From positions 15,067 to 79,066 of the forward strand of contig CABWZY010000003.1 of assembly GCA_902510055.1 (NCBI GenBank): a stretch of DNA of 64,000 nt. Direction: 5' to 3'. Source of the DNA: an uncultured Candidatus Actinomarina sp. (GTDB lineage Bacteria; Actinomycetota; Acidimicrobiia; Actinomarinales; Actinomarinaceae). Shown piece by piece: positions 1-11,838 of this stretch. Numbering within the stretch: position 1 is the stretch's first letter; every line of letters begins with the position of its first letter. The notes under the pieces were generated by a model, which had not been told where the DNA came from, searched no databases, and worked only from the letters and a program-made list of their open reading frames with translations. The position numbers were made by a program, and so were the translations under genes.

Positions 1-522
1 CGGTCGCTGGTCGTACTTAGCCTTACGAGGTGGTCCTCGCAGATTCACAAGGAATATCCTCCTTGTTACTTGGGGTGACTCATATAAGTAATTATATTTT
101 CAAATACGTGACTATTACACTCTATGGTTTATCTTTCCAGATAATTTTTCTAACATAACTATTTGTAACTTATTGAAAGATCTGATGCTCTTTCATTGAG
201 GCCCCACAACACCGAATAAACAACGACATCAGTCTTATACATTTATTCGGTTTAGGCTCTTCCCGTTTCGCTCGCCACTACTCAGGGAGTCGCTGTTGCT
301 TTCCTTTCCTCTAGGTACTGAGATGTTTCACTTCCCCTAGTTCCCTCTACCTATCCTATATATTCAGATAGGAGTAATTTATAAATAAATTGGGTTTCCC
401 CATTCGGAAATCTACGGTTCAAAGTTTGTTTGACAACTAACCGTAGCTTATCGCAGTCTTCCACGTCCTTCATCGGCTTCCAGCGCCAAGGCATCCACCA
501 ATAGCCCTTAGTAGCTTGAACT
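1..522 (-). rRNA. rrl: 23S rRNA, 5' portion (continues beyond window start)
   Basis: Reverse complement contains GGTGGATGCCTTGGC near the 5' end, GGGGAAGTGAAACATCTCAGTACC (23S ~pos 190) and GTAGTGGCGAGCGAAACGGGAAG. The ORFs predicted inside it are spurious. Confidence 0.9.
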
Positions 523-651
523 ATATGAATACTTTTGCAATTGCGCTTGCTATACAATTTTCAAAAAGCCTAATTCTTTGACTCTTTCACAGCTGAGTAG
601 AATATCAGTCTATACAGACAACCAGTGATTGACCTTAGGACTTGCGTCCTA

Positions 652-2187
<1,536 letters not shown>

Positions 2188-2395
2188 AAATCTTTGAATT
2201 TTAATCTGACCAAAGAATCAACATGGGTTTTATCCCATATTATGGTTAAAAACCATAACCAACTTTTTCCTAAAAAGTTGACAAAAAAAGAGTGCTAGAA
2301 AATTAATTCTGCACTACCGGCGTTCATACTCTACTCAGTTGTCAAAAAGCCAAATTTCTTAAGTACTAGAGTAACACTAATAGGTTTAAAGTGTA
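2188..2395 (-). promoter_or_regulatory. rRNA operon leader/promoter region, with two leader hairpins (2240-2258 TTATGGTT-AAA-AACCATAA and 2257-2278 ACTTTTT-AGG-AAAAAGT inverted repeats)
   Basis: Non-coding interval between the tyrS stop and the 16S 5' end. Minus-strand TTGACA/TTGTCA hexamers are present but I could not pin a clean -10/-35 pair. Confidence 0.3.
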
Positions 2396-3598
2396 TTATT
2401 TCTTAATAATTCTAACGAAATTACGTTTTCCTATTTGTAATGTTTTATCGATAAGAGAATCTGAATTAATATCTAAATCTTTATATTTTTCATCATTAAT
2501 TTTAAAAGCTCCTGATGAAATAAGCCTTCTTCCTTCAGAATTAGACTTTATTATGTTGTTATCTAGAAGAAATTTAGGTAAATGTAGTTCAATATTGCTA
2601 TTAATTGCAATATTTTCTATTTCATCTGGAATATTTTTATTTATAGTAATATTTTCAAAAGATTCATACGCTTTTGTTGATGCTTGATCATCAAATAATT
2701 CTGAAATTATTAAATTACCAAGTAGTTTTTTTAAATTAAACGGATTTTCTTTATTTGCTTTAACATCGTTTTTGTAGTTTTGTATCTCTTTAATTTCTAA
2801 ATCTGTAAGCATCAGAAAATAATCCCACATAGTATCATCTGGTATGCTCATTATCTTACCAAATATGGTTTCAGGATTATCAGTAATAGATATATAGTTA
2901 TCATAAGATTGAGACATTTTTTTCTTACCATCAGTACCTATAAGAAGTGGAAAAGTTATAGCAATCTGTGGATCAATATTATAAAACTTTTGAATTTCCC
3001 TTCCAAGCATTAAATTCCAAAGTTGATCATTTCCACCAATTTCTATATCTGATTTTACTGCAACAGAATCATAACCTTGGAAAAGTGGATAAAAGAACTC
3101 TAACAATGATATTGGATTTTTATTATCATACCTGTTAGAAAAATCGTCTCTCTCTAGCATCTGAGCCAAAGTTGTTGATGATGCTAAATGCATCATCTCG
3201 TTAATTGTTAATTTAGATAGCCAGTCTTTATTTGAAACAACTTCTAAGTTATCTTTATGTAAAATAGATTTAATGATTGGAAGAACTCCTTCAGAATTGG
3301 CACCTATACTATCATCATCTAAAACATTTCTTGTTTCTGATTTACCCGATGGGTCTCCAACTTTGGCTGTAAACTCTCCTAAAATTAATACTACTTCATG
3401 TCCATATTCTTGAAATTTTCTTAAAGCTCTTATAACGGCATACCAACCTAATGTAACATCAGGTGCAGTCGGATCAACACCAAGTTTGACTCTCAATTTT
3501 TTCTTAGACTTTAATAAATTTTGGTAATCTTCAAGTGGATTGATTACTGACGAACGCTCTTCTATATATTTCATTTTAATATTAAGGAAAATCTCCAC
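2396..3598 (-). CDS. tyrS: tyrosine--tRNA ligase
   Basis: 400 aa. Class I aaRS with a C-terminal S4-like domain. Position is adjacent to mpg as in Mycobacterium (Rv1688-1689). Confidence 0.88.
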   Translation of the reverse strand: MEIFLNIKMKYIEERSSVINPLEDYQNLLKSKKKLRVKLGVDPTAPDVTLGWYAVIRALRKFQEYGHEVVLILGEFTAKVGDPSGKSETRNVLDDDSIGANSEGVLPIIKSILHKDNLEVVSNKDWLSKLTINEMMHLASSTTLAQMLERDDFSNRYDNKNPISLLEFFYPLFQGYDSVAVKSDIEIGGNDQLWNLMLGREIQKFYNIDPQIAITFPLLIGTDGKKKMSQSYDNYISITDNPETIFGKIMSIPDDTMWDYFLMLTDLEIKEIQNYKNDVKANKENPFNLKKLLGNLIISELFDDQASTKAYESFENITINKNIPDEIENIAINSNIELHLPKFLLDNNIIKSNSEGRRLISSGAFKINDEKYKDLDINSDSLIDKTLQIGKRNFVRIIKK

Positions 3599-4149
3599 AG
3601 ATGTTTATCTCGTGGTTTAGAATTTTTTCTTTGTTTTGCTATTGCTTTATCTGCTGGATGGATTCTTGGTGATAAGTTAATAGGTCCATCTAAAATATTA
3701 TCACCATCATTTTTCAAATTAATTCCTAAGGCTTTTGTTATATTTCCAGGACCGGTTAAATTGTCAGTCTTCATTTTTGTTTTCCTTCTTACTTCTATAT
3801 AATTTTTTCCTAACAATACTTTTCCCGATCTGATTAGTACTGCTTCACAGGAACCCTTTTTAGACGTTAAAAGATATAAACTTTTATTTGATCCATATGA
3901 TTTAAGAATTAATACTGAAGGTGGTCCTAATGGTAAATTTTTTGGTATTTTTCTACTTAATTGAGTAGCTAAAGACATTTGATCTGTATTGGCTCTACCG
4001 AAAGCTTCTGTTTCAGTAATAAGTATCTCAGTAAATTTTCCATTAAAATTTGTTGACAGTCTCATGCCTAATAAATCAACAGCAGCTTTAGAAGATTTTT
4101 GTGATAGAAGTTGATAAACCCTATTATCTAAACCACTAATATCGTTCAT
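3571..4149 (-). CDS. mpg: DNA-3-methyladenine glycosylase (MPG/AAG family)
   Basis: 192 aa. An ETEAF motif (ETEAY in AAG) and a conserved C-terminal block (GPGNITKALGINLK). ATGA overlap with pheT. Synteny with tyrS. Confidence 0.7.
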   Translation of the reverse strand: MNDISGLDNRVYQLLSQKSSKAAVDLLGMRLSTNFNGKFTEILITETEAFGRANTDQMSLATQLSRKIPKNLPLGPPSVLILKSYGSNKSLYLLTSKKGSCEAVLIRSGKVLLGKNYIEVRRKTKMKTDNLTGPGNITKALGINLKNDGDNILDGPINLSPRIHPADKAIAKQRKNSKPRDKHLWRFSLILK

Positions 4150-6509
4150 GATTTGCTCATATTCAATTTTATTTTAAATTTACTTTGTATTTTTTCAGCA
4201 AGCATTTCCAAAAGCCCTCTTGTTTCTTCTTCGTTATAAGTTTGTCCATAGTTTCTTGTACTTATTCTAATTCCTAAATTACGAGATTTCTCTTTTACAT
4301 AATCATCAAAAATATCGATCTTATTTTCATTATCTTCAAGGAGTGATTTAACGTAAGCTACTAATTCAATGGCTTTAAATTCTATAGGAACGATAAATGA
4401 TAAATCAAACTTAATAAACGGATATTGTGCAAGAGGAACATATTCAGTTTTAGTACTAATGTCATTTTCTAAAGAATCGATATCTATTTGTATTAAAAAA
4501 ATTGGACTTTCTATATTCATTTCTTCCATTAAATCGTATGCTAATTGTCCAAAAATTCCTACGTTTTTACCGTTTTTAATAATCAAATATGAATAATTTT
4601 GATGAAATCCTGGTTTTGATAAACTTTTTAATTCATAATCTCCAATTAAATTATCGATTATATGTTTTACATAATGAATATCATAATGTAAAAATTCCCC
4701 ACGTAGATCGTTATTAGTTACATTTGAGGGTGTTATTATACCTACAGAATAAGTTTGATTAGGTATCATCTCATAATGTCTATGTTTTGAATTATCAAAT
4801 ATAGTATTAATTTCAAAAAATTTTGCAGAAATATTATTTTGCTCAAGATTAAATTTATATATATTTAATAACGATGAAAATAAATTAGATCTCAAATATT
4901 TGTTGTTTGTATCTATAGGATTGAATACTTGTACATATTTTTTCTCAGGGCTGAATCTACTATTGCTTTTTTCATCGACAAATGACAAGGTTTGAACTTC
5001 CTGATAGTCATTTGCTCTTAATTTACTACTAAAATATTTTTTTAAATTCCAAATTTCACCAGTATTATTTTTATTGTTTCCATATGGAAGTGTGCTATCA
5101 AAATTATTAAATCCAAAATGTTTAGCTAATTCTTCAATTATATCTATAGGTCTTTCTAAATCGTATCTCCATGATGGTGATACGAATGAAATATTTTCTT
5201 TATCAATACTGTGTTCAATATTTAATCTTGATAAAGTTTTAGTTATAAATTTAGAATCCAATTTAGTTCCAAGGATATTGTAAATTTCACTATCATTAAA
5301 TGAGACATTTTTATTTTTTATTTTCTTCTTGTCGTCTATTAAAATGTTTGAGTATTTTATTTCTTGATTTGATGAGAAAAGTTCAATAAATCTCACTAAG
5401 GCATCTTCTTGTATTTTGTAATCAATTCCTCTTTCAAATCTTATTGATGCGTCTGATATTAAATTTAATTTTCTAGATGTATTCATAATTGAAACTTTAT
5501 CAAAGTATGCACTCTCAATTAAAAGGTTGATTGTATTTTCAGATACTTCAGTATCAAGACCACCCATAACACCTGCTAATGCAATTGGCTTATCATTATC
5601 AGTAATCAATAAATCACTCTCATCAAGATTTCTTACTTGACTATCTAATGTAGTTATTTTTTCTTTATTTTTTGCTTGTCTTACAGAAATAGTACCAAAT
5701 ATTCGATCTCGATCAAAAGCATGAAGAGGTTGTCCAATGTCATATAAAACATAGTTAGTTAGGTCAACAACATTGTTTATTACTCTTGTTCCAACTTGTG
5801 AAAGCCTGTATCTTATAAAAAATGGTGAATCAGTTATTTTAAAGCCTTCTATTTCAACTGAAGCATAAGAGTTACATTCAATTATCTTTCCACTATTAGT
5901 ACTAAGAACATTCTCTATTGATGGAGTAATTTTAAAACTATTTGCATTAAGTTTTAAGTCAAAATAATTACTAAGTTCCCTTGCAACCCCTAAGTGAGAC
6001 ATGCAATCTCCTCTATTAGGCGTTACACCTATTTCCCAGGATGTATCATATGAACTATAAGTGGAACTAAAATCTGTACCTGGTTTTATATTTTCATCCA
6101 AAATTAAAATTCCATCATGTTCTTCCCATAGTCCAAGTTCTTTAGCTGAACATATCATTCCATTCGATACAACACCTCTAATTTCTCTTTTCTCAATTAA
6201 AAAATTATCAAAAATATGCGATTTTGGTAATGCAACTGGAACAACTGCACCAATTTCAAAATTCCATGCACCACAAACAATTTCATAAGTGTTATTTCCA
6301 ACATCTACTTGTGTCACTCTTAATTTGTCCGCGTTATTATGTGGATAAATATCTACTACTTTACCAACAACTATATTTTTATAATTTGGTTCTATAATAT
6401 TCATATTTTCAATTTCAAAACCTAGAGATTCTAAACCATCAGAAATTTCATAATCACTAATATCTGATAAATCAATCCATTCATTTATCCATGATTTTAA
6501 AATAATCAT
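4146..6509 (-). CDS. pheT: phenylalanine--tRNA ligase beta subunit
   Basis: 787 aa. tRNA-binding, B3/B4, B5 and FDX-ACB domain layout. Follows pheS. Confidence 0.95.
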   Translation of the reverse strand: MIILKSWINEWIDLSDISDYEISDGLESLGFEIENMNIIEPNYKNIVVGKVVDIYPHNNADKLRVTQVDVGNNTYEIVCGAWNFEIGAVVPVALPKSHIFDNFLIEKREIRGVVSNGMICSAKELGLWEEHDGILILDENIKPGTDFSSTYSSYDTSWEIGVTPNRGDCMSHLGVARELSNYFDLKLNANSFKITPSIENVLSTNSGKIIECNSYASVEIEGFKITDSPFFIRYRLSQVGTRVINNVVDLTNYVLYDIGQPLHAFDRDRIFGTISVRQAKNKEKITTLDSQVRNLDESDLLITDNDKPIALAGVMGGLDTEVSENTINLLIESAYFDKVSIMNTSRKLNLISDASIRFERGIDYKIQEDALVRFIELFSSNQEIKYSNILIDDKKKIKNKNVSFNDSEIYNILGTKLDSKFITKTLSRLNIEHSIDKENISFVSPSWRYDLERPIDIIEELAKHFGFNNFDSTLPYGNNKNNTGEIWNLKKYFSSKLRANDYQEVQTLSFVDEKSNSRFSPEKKYVQVFNPIDTNNKYLRSNLFSSLLNIYKFNLEQNNISAKFFEINTIFDNSKHRHYEMIPNQTYSVGIITPSNVTNNDLRGEFLHYDIHYVKHIIDNLIGDYELKSLSKPGFHQNYSYLIIKNGKNVGIFGQLAYDLMEEMNIESPIFLIQIDIDSLENDISTKTEYVPLAQYPFIKFDLSFIVPIEFKAIELVAYVKSLLEDNENKIDIFDDYVKEKSRNLGIRISTRNYGQTYNEEETRGLLEMLAEKIQSKFKIKLNMSKS

Positions 6510-7501
6510 TAAAATTGCCTAAGAAATCTTAAATCGTTATCATAGAAATTTTTTATATGATCAATATTGTGTCTTAACATTGCTAGTCGTTCAACACCAA
6601 CACCAAAAGCAAAGCCTTGAGTACCTTTTTTAAAACCAACTTTTTCAAATACATTAGGATCAACCATTCCACATCCAAGAATTTCTAGCCAGTTATTATC
6701 TTTCCAACTAACTAATACTTCAGCTGAGGGTTCTGTAAATGGAAAAAAGTGAGGAATAAATTTTGTTTTAATATCTTTACCAAAAAATTCTTTAACAAAA
6801 AATTCTAATGTACCTTTTAAATCAGTAAAAGATATTGCATCATCAACAGCTAATCCTTCAATTTGATGAAATACAGGTGAATGTGTTGAATCAAGTTGGT
6901 CTGATCTATATACCCTTCCAGGGGAAACTATATAAATAGGTGGTTTGTTTTCTTGCATGTGTCTTACTTGCACAGTACTTGTCTGCGTCCTCAGCAAGTT
7001 ATCTAATTTTTTATCTAAATACAAGGTATCTGATTCGTACCTTGCTGGATGCCAAATAGGTGTATTTAAAGCATCAAAATTATGCCAAGAAGTTTCGGCT
7101 TCTGGTCCGTGAGCAACTGTATAACCGATAGATGAAAATATTTGTACTACTTCTTCCATCACGGATGAAATTATATGTTCTTTTGTTCCAGTACTTTCAA
7201 ACCAATCGATAGTAATATCTGTAAATTCTTTTTCTTCTCTTTCCTTATATTTAGCTTTAACTAGTTTTAATTTATGAGATTCAATGGCATTTACAATATT
7301 TTCAGTAATTTCTTTTATTTTTTGACCGTACTTTTTTTTATCAAGAGCACTTAAATTTGCAAGGCTTTTACGTTCTTGAGAAATAACAGAATTTCTACCT
7401 AGAAATTCTTTTTGAATATCAATTAATTTATCAAGTGTATCAGTTTCTTCGATAGCTAATAAGAATGAAGAATATATTTTATCTAAATTTAATTCAGCCA
7501 T
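6509..7501 (-). CDS. pheS: phenylalanine--tRNA ligase alpha subunit
   Basis: 330 aa. Class II motifs (FPFTEPSAEV, GFAFGVGVERLAM). Confidence 0.95.
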   Translation of the reverse strand: MAELNLDKIYSSFLLAIEETDTLDKLIDIQKEFLGRNSVISQERKSLANLSALDKKKYGQKIKEITENIVNAIESHKLKLVKAKYKEREEKEFTDITIDWFESTGTKEHIISSVMEEVVQIFSSIGYTVAHGPEAETSWHNFDALNTPIWHPARYESDTLYLDKKLDNLLRTQTSTVQVRHMQENKPPIYIVSPGRVYRSDQLDSTHSPVFHQIEGLAVDDAISFTDLKGTLEFFVKEFFGKDIKTKFIPHFFPFTEPSAEVLVSWKDNNWLEILGCGMVDPNVFEKVGFKKGTQGFAFGVGVERLAMLRHNIDHIKNFYDNDLRFLRQF

Positions 7502-7853
7502 TTATATTTTTTTTTGCTAAATCTACAAGTTTTTTAAATCCTTTTGGGTCATTAATTGCTAAATCAGCAAGAATTTTTCTATCAACCTTTATCTCAGCAT
7601 TATTTAATCCATTAATAAACTTTGAATAAGATAATCCGTGTGTACGTGAAGCAGCATTTATTCTACTAATCCACAATCTTCTAAAATCGCCTTTTTTATC
7701 TTTTCTATGTGTAAACGCATCGGCACCAGCATGCATGACTTGTTCTTTAGCAGCTCTTAATCTCTTACTTCTTGCTCCTGTATAGCCTTTAGCTTTTTTT
7801 AAAACTTTTTTTCTTGATTTCCTACTACTTACAGAAGAATTAATTCTTACCAT
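7494..7853 (-). CDS. rplT: 50S ribosomal protein L20
   Basis: 119 aa. Basic protein in the infC-rpmI-rplT context. Confidence 0.95.
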   Translation of the reverse strand: MVRINSSVSSRKSRKKVLKKAKGYTGARSKRLRAAKEQVMHAGADAFTHRKDKKGDFRRLWISRINAASRTHGLSYSKFINGLNNAEIKVDRKILADLAINDPKGFKKLVDLAKKNING

Positions 7854-8042
7854 TTAACTCAACAACTTTCTTATTTTTTTACTATCACCTTTAGAAGCCT
7901 GTACATCTCTTTTTAGCCTTGCCCATGTGTTGCTACCTTTAGCTAATTTATAGTGTGATGTGTGTGATCTTTTTCTCATAAATTTACCTGTACCAGTAAC
8001 TCTTATTCTTTTTTTCATTCCCTTATGTGTTCTACGTTTCAT
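7854..8042 (-). CDS. rpmI: 50S ribosomal protein L35
   Basis: 62 aa, highly basic. Lies between infC and rplT. Confidence 0.9.
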   Translation of the reverse strand: MKRRTHKGMKKRIRVTGTGKFMRKRSHTSHYKLAKGSNTWARLKRDVQASKGDSKKIRKLLS

Positions 8043-8569
8043 TTCTTTACTCCATTCGGCGCTAATACCATAGTTAAAGATTTGCCATCTGGTTTTGAAG
8101 TTGACTCTACTTCAGCAATATCACTTAGCTTATCTTTGAAGTTATCAAGCACCCTCTGACCAAACTCAGGATGTTCAACTTCTCTTCCTCTAAATCTCAT
8201 TGTAAATTTAACTTTATCGCCTTCACTTAAAAACTTTATAGATTGATTAAGTTTGTTTTGAAAATCATGTGTATCAATTTTAGGTTTTAGCTGTACCTCT
8301 TTAACATTGATCTTTACTTGATTTTTTCTTGATGATTTTGCTTTTTGAGATAACTCGTATTTATATTTTCCATAATCCATAAGTCTTGCAACTGGTGGTT
8401 TACTTTCTGGAGATACCTCAACTAAATCTAATTCCAATTCTTCAGCAACAATTATTGCTTTTTTTAATTCTAATACTCCAATCTGCACTCCATCTGGAGC
8501 AATAACTAGTAATTTTTTAGATTTAATCTCATCATTAATATTAAGTTCCGGTATAAGTACTCCTTCCAT
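8039..8569 (-). CDS. infC: translation initiation factor IF-3
   Basis: 176 aa. IF3 N- and C-domain similarity (PPVARLMDYGKYKYE, RFRGRE). Confidence 0.9.
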   Translation of the reverse strand: MEGVLIPELNINDEIKSKKLLVIAPDGVQIGVLELKKAIIVAEELELDLVEVSPESKPPVARLMDYGKYKYELSQKAKSSRKNQVKINVKEVQLKPKIDTHDFQNKLNQSIKFLSEGDKVKFTMRFRGREVEHPEFGQRVLDNFKDKLSDIAEVESTSKPDGKSLTMVLAPNGVKK

Positions 8570-8594
8570 AAAAAAAACAGCACGAAGCTGTTTT
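8570..8594 (-). terminator. intrinsic terminator-like hairpin (AAAACAGC-UUCGU-GCUGUUUU) plus U-tract, directly abutting the infC AUG
   Basis: On the minus strand, an 8-bp stem and 5-nt loop are followed by U8 that runs straight into the infC start codon. It is 73 nt downstream of the ribH stop. Confidence 0.5.
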
Positions 8595-8666
8595 ACTTAC
8601 TCCACTATTACTCACAGTGGGTGGAACAATGTTCGCTTAATCAATTATATCTTATAATAAATTAAA

Positions 8667-9059
8667 TCAAGCAAATAATAAATTTATAGCTTTAGCTGCT
8701 TCAGAACCTTTGTTCTTATTGTCATCAGCACGTTTTTTTGCTTGTTCTATGTTATGTACATTTAGCACACAGTTTGCAATATAAACAGACTTACTAATTG
8801 ATAAATTAATAAGACCATTAGCTACTGCATTAGAGATATATTCATAATGATCTGTTTCGCCTTTGCATATAACACCAACAGCAATAAAGATCTTATAATC
8901 TTTTGATAAAGTATTAATTTTATATACTATATCCCAACTTCCAGGCACCTTAAAAGTAGAAAGTTCAAAAGAATTATCTATAACTTTATTTATACCATTT
9001 AAGAGATTTTCATTTATCTCTGGATAATATCCGGTATGTACAATAGCTACCTTATTCAT
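8667..9059 (-). CDS. ribH: 6,7-dimethyl-8-ribityllumazine synthase
   Basis: 130 aa. Similar to RibH (VAIV..G, FEYV/HYEYIS core). N-terminus is short. Confidence 0.85.
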   Translation of the reverse strand: MNKVAIVHTGYYPEINENLLNGINKVIDNSFELSTFKVPGSWDIVYKINTLSKDYKIFIAVGVICKGETDHYEYISNAVANGLINLSISKSVYIANCVLNVHNIEQAKKRADDNKNKGSEAAKAINLLFA

Positions 9060-10254
9060 CTGTATACTTATGCCCCATTTTTTGTTTTTTTGTTTCTAAA
9101 TATGACTCATTTTCTTTAGTTTTATTTCCAATAAGAGGTGTACGTTTTGTAATATTTAAACCAAAACCTTCTAGACCAGCTCTTTTTGATGGATTATTAG
9201 TTAAGATGTTCATATTAGTTATTCCTAAATCTCGTAAAATTAAAGCACCAGTACCATAGTCACGTTGATCCATTTTAAATCCTAATTTTAAATTAGCATC
9301 GACAGTATCTTCTCCATCATCTTGTAAGGAATAAGCTTTAATTTTATTCCCTAAACCTATACCTCTGCCTTCATGTCCTCTCATATAAAGCAATACTCCA
9401 GAACCATATTGTGTTATAGCTTTAAAAGCGTTTTCTAATTGAGAACCACAATCACATTTATTAGAAAATAAGACATCACCAGTAAGGCATTCTGAATGGA
9501 CCCTAACCATTGTTTCATTGTTTTGAAGATAATCATTAAATGTTAAGGCTATATGTTCAGTATTATCTATATTGTCTTTATACACATGAGCAGTAAATTC
9601 TCCATACTCAGTTGGTACTTGTGCTTTTGAGACGAAAGATACCATATCGGTTTTCTTGATTCTGTATTCAATTAAATCCTTAATTGTTCCAATAGGTAAA
9701 TTATGTTCTTTAGAAAAATTAATTAAATCATCATAACGCGCCATAGTTCCATCTTCATTAATTATTTCACATATGACTGCAACTGGATAATGCTCTGATA
9801 TCTTACATAAATCTATAGCTGCCTCTGTATGACCAGCCCTACGTAGAACTCCCCCATCCATAGATTGAAGCGGGAAAATGTGACCAGGTACATTAAAATT
9901 ATCTCTAGTTGAATTTTCATTACATAAACCTTTAATAGTTTTATATCTATCTTCAGCAGATATTCCAGTAGTAACACCATCGCCATTTAAGTCAACTGAA
10001 GCAGTAAATTGAGTTTCAGTCTCGTTATTGACACCTTTCATTAGTGATAAATCTAACTTTTGAGATATTTCTGTAGCAATAGGTGCACAGACTAATCCTT
10101 TACCCTTAGTAATCATAAAATTAATATGATCAGGAGTTAAGTATTCAGAAGATACTACAAGGTCACCTTCATTTTCTCTTTCTTCATCATCAATAAGGAT
10201 GATCATTTCTCCAGATTTAAATTTACTTATAATTGTTTCAATATCAGTTATCAT
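9052..10254 (-). CDS. ribBA: bifunctional 3,4-dihydroxy-2-butanone-4-phosphate synthase / GTP cyclohydrolase II
   Basis: 400 aa. DDEERENEGDL (DHBP synthase) and C-terminal GTP cyclohydrolase II cysteines (CDCGSQ). Confidence 0.9.
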   Translation of the reverse strand: MITDIETIISKFKSGEMIILIDDEERENEGDLVVSSEYLTPDHINFMITKGKGLVCAPIATEISQKLDLSLMKGVNNETETQFTASVDLNGDGVTTGISAEDRYKTIKGLCNENSTRDNFNVPGHIFPLQSMDGGVLRRAGHTEAAIDLCKISEHYPVAVICEIINEDGTMARYDDLINFSKEHNLPIGTIKDLIEYRIKKTDMVSFVSKAQVPTEYGEFTAHVYKDNIDNTEHIALTFNDYLQNNETMVRVHSECLTGDVLFSNKCDCGSQLENAFKAITQYGSGVLLYMRGHEGRGIGLGNKIKAYSLQDDGEDTVDANLKLGFKMDQRDYGTGALILRDLGITNMNILTNNPSKRAGLEGFGLNITKRTPLIGNKTKENESYLETKKQKMGHKYTDE

Positions 10255-10822
10255 TTATCAATCTTTCAACATATTTAGATAAAATATCATATTCAATATT
10301 AACTTGAGTACCGGGTTCTAAGTATTGAAAATTTGTTCTTTTGTAGGTTTCTTGAATTATAGCAATAGTAAATTCACTTTCATTTGGTCTGTTTGTAGTT
10401 AGTGATACACCATTTATTGCTACAGATCCTTTATCTACTAAATATTTAGAATTGTTACTTGAAAATATGTATTCCCAAAGATTATTATCTTGTTCAATTA
10501 TATCGATGACCTTTGCTACTTCATCTACGTGACCTTGTACTATATGACCACTTAAGAAATCTTTAGCTGTTACTGGAGTTTCTAAATTAACATAAGAATC
10601 TATTTTATAATTTTTAATAATACTTCTATTAATACTTTCGTTTGAAATTTGAAAGTTAATATTATTGCCTTCTAGAGATGTTAAAGTTAGACAAACTCCA
10701 TCAACAGCTACGCTAGTTCCAGTATCGATATTTTTAAATAGTTTATTTTCTGTATTAATAGATAATAAATTGTCACTAACACTTGTAACAACACCCATAT
10801 TATTGATTATTCCTGTAAACAT
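10244..10822 (-). CDS. ribE: riboflavin synthase alpha subunit
   Basis: 192 aa. Internally duplicated lumazine-binding halves (MFTGII.., G.SLT). Confidence 0.85.
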   Translation of the reverse strand: MFTGIINNMGVVTSVSDNLLSINTENKLFKNIDTGTSVAVDGVCLTLTSLEGNNINFQISNESINRSIIKNYKIDSYVNLETPVTAKDFLSGHIVQGHVDEVAKVIDIIEQDNNLWEYIFSSNNSKYLVDKGSVAINGVSLTTNRPNESEFTIAIIQETYKRTNFQYLEPGTQVNIEYDILSKYVERLINDN

Positions 10823-11838
10823 TATTTTCTAGTATAAATAACTAATTCATTATCTTTAAGGAGAAATTTATTCTCTTCTTTATACGCTTCGTTAAATCCA
10901 CTTTGACTTAGGTAGTCCATAGATAAACCATTATTAATAATATTTTTTGAGCGAAATTCATAAAATTTAAGATAATTATTATTTATTAATAACAATTCAT
11001 GTATGTACTTACCACCCTCAACAAGAACAGACCTACAATTATTTTTAATTAATGTATTTTCTAACTCTTTTATTGAGTTTGTTTCAACAAATAAATATTC
11101 ATTAAATTTTTCATTTTTTTTAATTTCAATAGGTACTTCTGATCCCCACCAAACAACTTTTAACGGTTTATTTGTTGAATCTTTTAATTCATCATTCCTA
11201 ATATTTAAAACTGGTTTATCAATAATGAAGGTATTTTTACCAACCAATATAGCGTCACTAGTTGCTCTTAAAATATGAGAGATGTCAAGAGAAATATCGT
11301 TCGTTATATATCTATAATCAGAATCAGAATCGTATATAAAATTATTGTTTGAAATTCCAATTTTTCCAACATATGTTATAGGTAAGGATGTAGTGCTGGA
11401 ATTATAATATGGATTAATAAGTTGGTTAATTCCGTTTTCTATAGATACGTTTATATCATTGTCTACTAATAGTTCATAACTTTTACCAAATGTTCTAATG
11501 TCCATATCAATATCTCCTATGATAATATTTTTAATATTTGTATTTAATAATTCTTTTGCACATGATGGTGAAGTATCCTCATGGAAACATGGCTCTAATG
11601 TAACATATAGGTAATCACTATCTTCAATCTTCGATTCTTTAATTAGAGCAACTTCAGCATGATCTTGACCTTTTTTTAAATGATGAGTTTTATGTTTTAA
11701 ATTCATATTTTTATCAAACAATGCAGCTCCAACCTTTGGATTTGGATTGGGGTTGCTCTTTAATGCTTCTAAAGCAGCAATTGACATACCCCTAGAGATG
11801 TTTAAATAATTTAAATTATTAACCAAAAATTGCTCCAC
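10822..11838 (-). CDS. ribD: bifunctional riboflavin deaminase/reductase
   Basis: 338 aa. Cytidine/dCMP deaminase zinc motif HAEV...LEPC..H....C, then a reductase domain. Confidence 0.8.
   Translation of the reverse strand: MEQFLVNNLNYLNISRGMSIAALEALKSNPNPNPKVGAALFDKNMNLKHKTHHLKKGQDHAEVALIKESKIEDSDYLYVTLEPCFHEDTSPSCAKELLNTNIKNIIIGDIDMDIRTFGKSYELLVDNDINVSIENGINQLINPYYNSSTTSLPITYVGKIGISNNNFIYDSDSDYRYITNDISLDISHILRATSDAILVGKNTFIIDKPVLNIRNDELKDSTNKPLKVVWWGSEVPIEIKKNEKFNEYLFVETNSIKELENTLIKNNCRSVLVEGGKYIHELLLINNNYLKFYEFRSKNIINNGLSMDYLSQSGFNEAYKEENKFLLKDNELVIYTRK

Noticed and set aside
61-180. AT-rich stretch inside the 23S 5' region that could be an intervening sequence
   Set aside because: Its reverse complement still lines up with E. 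coli 23S ~335-400 (TCTGGAAAG..., GACACGTG-like, GGGGACCA-like). It looks like ordinary AT-biased rRNA, not an insertion.
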